NCBI RefSeq assembly: GCF_052425735.1
Contig: NC_135768.1
Location: 17,174,001 to 17,238,000 of the forward strand
DNA length: 64,000 bases
From: Oculina patagonica
Taxonomy: Eukaryota
Reading direction: 5' to 3'
Shown here: in pieces, positions 62,716 to 64,000 of the stretch
How the letters are laid out: every line of letters starts with the position of its first letter
Position numbering within the stretch: the stretch's first letter is position 1
The notes under the pieces: model-generated
The model's database searches: none
Told to the model about the DNA's origin: nothing
The model's input: the letters and a program-made list of their open reading frames with translations, nothing else
Made by a program: the position numbers and the translations under genes

Positions 62716-63621
62716 ATGGACAACAACACCTTATTAAGGAACAAATCAGCAGCAAGGGATTACTTTGACTTTGAAGAAAATACTCATATTGAAAATATCG
62801 TCATCATATATTGCGCTCTCAATGCACCACTGATGATCATGTCTATTGTTGGCAACGCTCTGGTGATAGCAGCAATTTTGGGAACTCCTTCACTTTCTTC
62901 GCCGTCTACAACACTGCTCTGCAATTTGGCCTTCACAGATCTTCTTATTGGGCTTGTTGTACAACCCCTTTTCATCTTTAACGAGCTTATGCTCGATCAA
63001 TCTGTATGGTACACTTATGAAATCCCGTCCTACATTTTATGTGGCATTTCTCTTTGCACAATGACAGCCATTAGCGCGGAAAGATTTTCTGCTCTTCACT
63101 ACCACATGAGATATGTTACCATAGCAACTACATCACGTGTTTTGCTCGTGATAGTAGCAATGTGGCTTATCATTTCTTCAGTTTCAATTTTTCTTTACCT
63201 ATGGAAGAGGCTAATATATTTTATAGTAGCATCGGTTTTCATCATAGTGTGTCTGTCGATATCTTCATTTTGTTACATTCGAATTTTCCAAATTGTTCGA
63301 CGACATCAAATACAAATTCATGCTCAACAACAGGCGGTGCAAAGTTCAGAAGTAAGTAATAACATAACCCAGTTGAAGAAAAGTGCCATAAACACTTTTG
63401 CGTTTTATACTTTTCTGCTTTTATGTTACTTTCCAAAGTAAATTGTTTTAGCTCTTGTTGGAATGACAAAAATGGACTGGCAAAGGGTATTTAACTTTGC
63501 TACCACTTTAGTATTCTTAAACTCTTCCATGAATCCACTTTTGTACTGTTGGCGTCTCAGCGAGCTTCGAAGGGCAGTTGTAAAAACAGCAAGAAAGATG
63601 TTATGTACAAAAACTGAGTAA
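62716..63621 (+). pseudogene. Class A GPCR (paralog of 34309) with a single nonsense codon in TM6
   Basis: In-frame TAA at 63439-63441; frame continues IVLALVGMTKMDW..NPLLYCWRLSEL..KTE to the stop at 63621. Confidence 0.88.
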
Positions 63622-64000
63622 AATCCAAACAGCCGAACATTGTTTCTATGCAAGACTGGATGCAGTGTAGGTGCAGTTCTTTCGACTTCTCCGAGGTCAA
63701 GAATAAGTAGTCACTCAACGGAGATATGTAATATCATTTTGAAATATTTTAGTAAAAATTGTCTAGAATCACATTTTTTGCTACTATAATTAGCCCTTTA
63801 GAGAATATTCTAGACCTTGGAAGTGCTTGTGTATAAGAGCGAGAGTTTGAAAAGAAACAAGCTAAATAAAGCTATTATGGTCATCTTCACAACAAATTAT
63901 CTTTGATAAATGCAAAATACTGTCAAGTGCGTTTCTGAAGAAGAGCATCTCGGAAAAAACATATTCACTACCCTTTGGAAGTACGTTAATTTTTATTGCA

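Larger units (their letters stand above)
56031..63845 (+). repeat. Segmental duplicate of ~14490-35450 with differential insertions and deletions
   Basis: Collinear matches: 56031-56225/14488-14717, 56298-56345/16661-16708, 57435-58142/16846-17567, 59233-61095/18259-19066, 61141-61944/29692-30766, 62335-63845/33895-35450. Confidence 0.9.

Noticed and set aside
63439-63441. Stop-codon readthrough or selenocysteine (also 14764)
   Set aside because: The codons are TAA/TAG, paralogs have sense codons there, and nothing supports recoding.

Overview
AT-rich eukaryotic DNA. The repeat and gene content suggests a cnidarian, probably a stony coral (inference). The window is a tandem cluster of intronless class A (rhodopsin-like) GPCRs: 15 copies of one melanocortin/adenosine-like (MECA-like) family, of which 8 are intact and 7 disabled, plus one unrelated peptide-receptor-like GPCR. 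Interspersed mobile DNA includes a DIRS-order tyrosine-recombinase (YR) retrotransposon (RT-RNaseH-MT, YR) inserted into a GPCR, a second DIRS gag-like fragment, a 5'-truncated RTE LINE, tRNA-SINEs, a 5.7-kb CACTA/EnSpm-type element and many MITEs. An internal segmental duplication (~14.5-35.5 kb vs ~56-63.8 kb) provides empty-site controls. Main observations: (i) a 9.6-kb TTAA-flanked, TIR-bounded element nested in another transposon, carrying an intact host-type GPCR and an orphan ORF, absent from the paralogous block; (ii) a shared 13-nt-loop hairpin with different stems at both DIRS loci (candidate YR recombination site); (iii) hairpin arrays followed by splice acceptors in DIRS-related sequence; (iv) a segment cleanly inverted at AATT ends between the two duplicate blocks; (v) a GPCR whose N-terminus was recruited from its neighbour's 3' UTR. 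No rRNA, true tRNA gene or CRISPR array was found. All alignments were done by eye.
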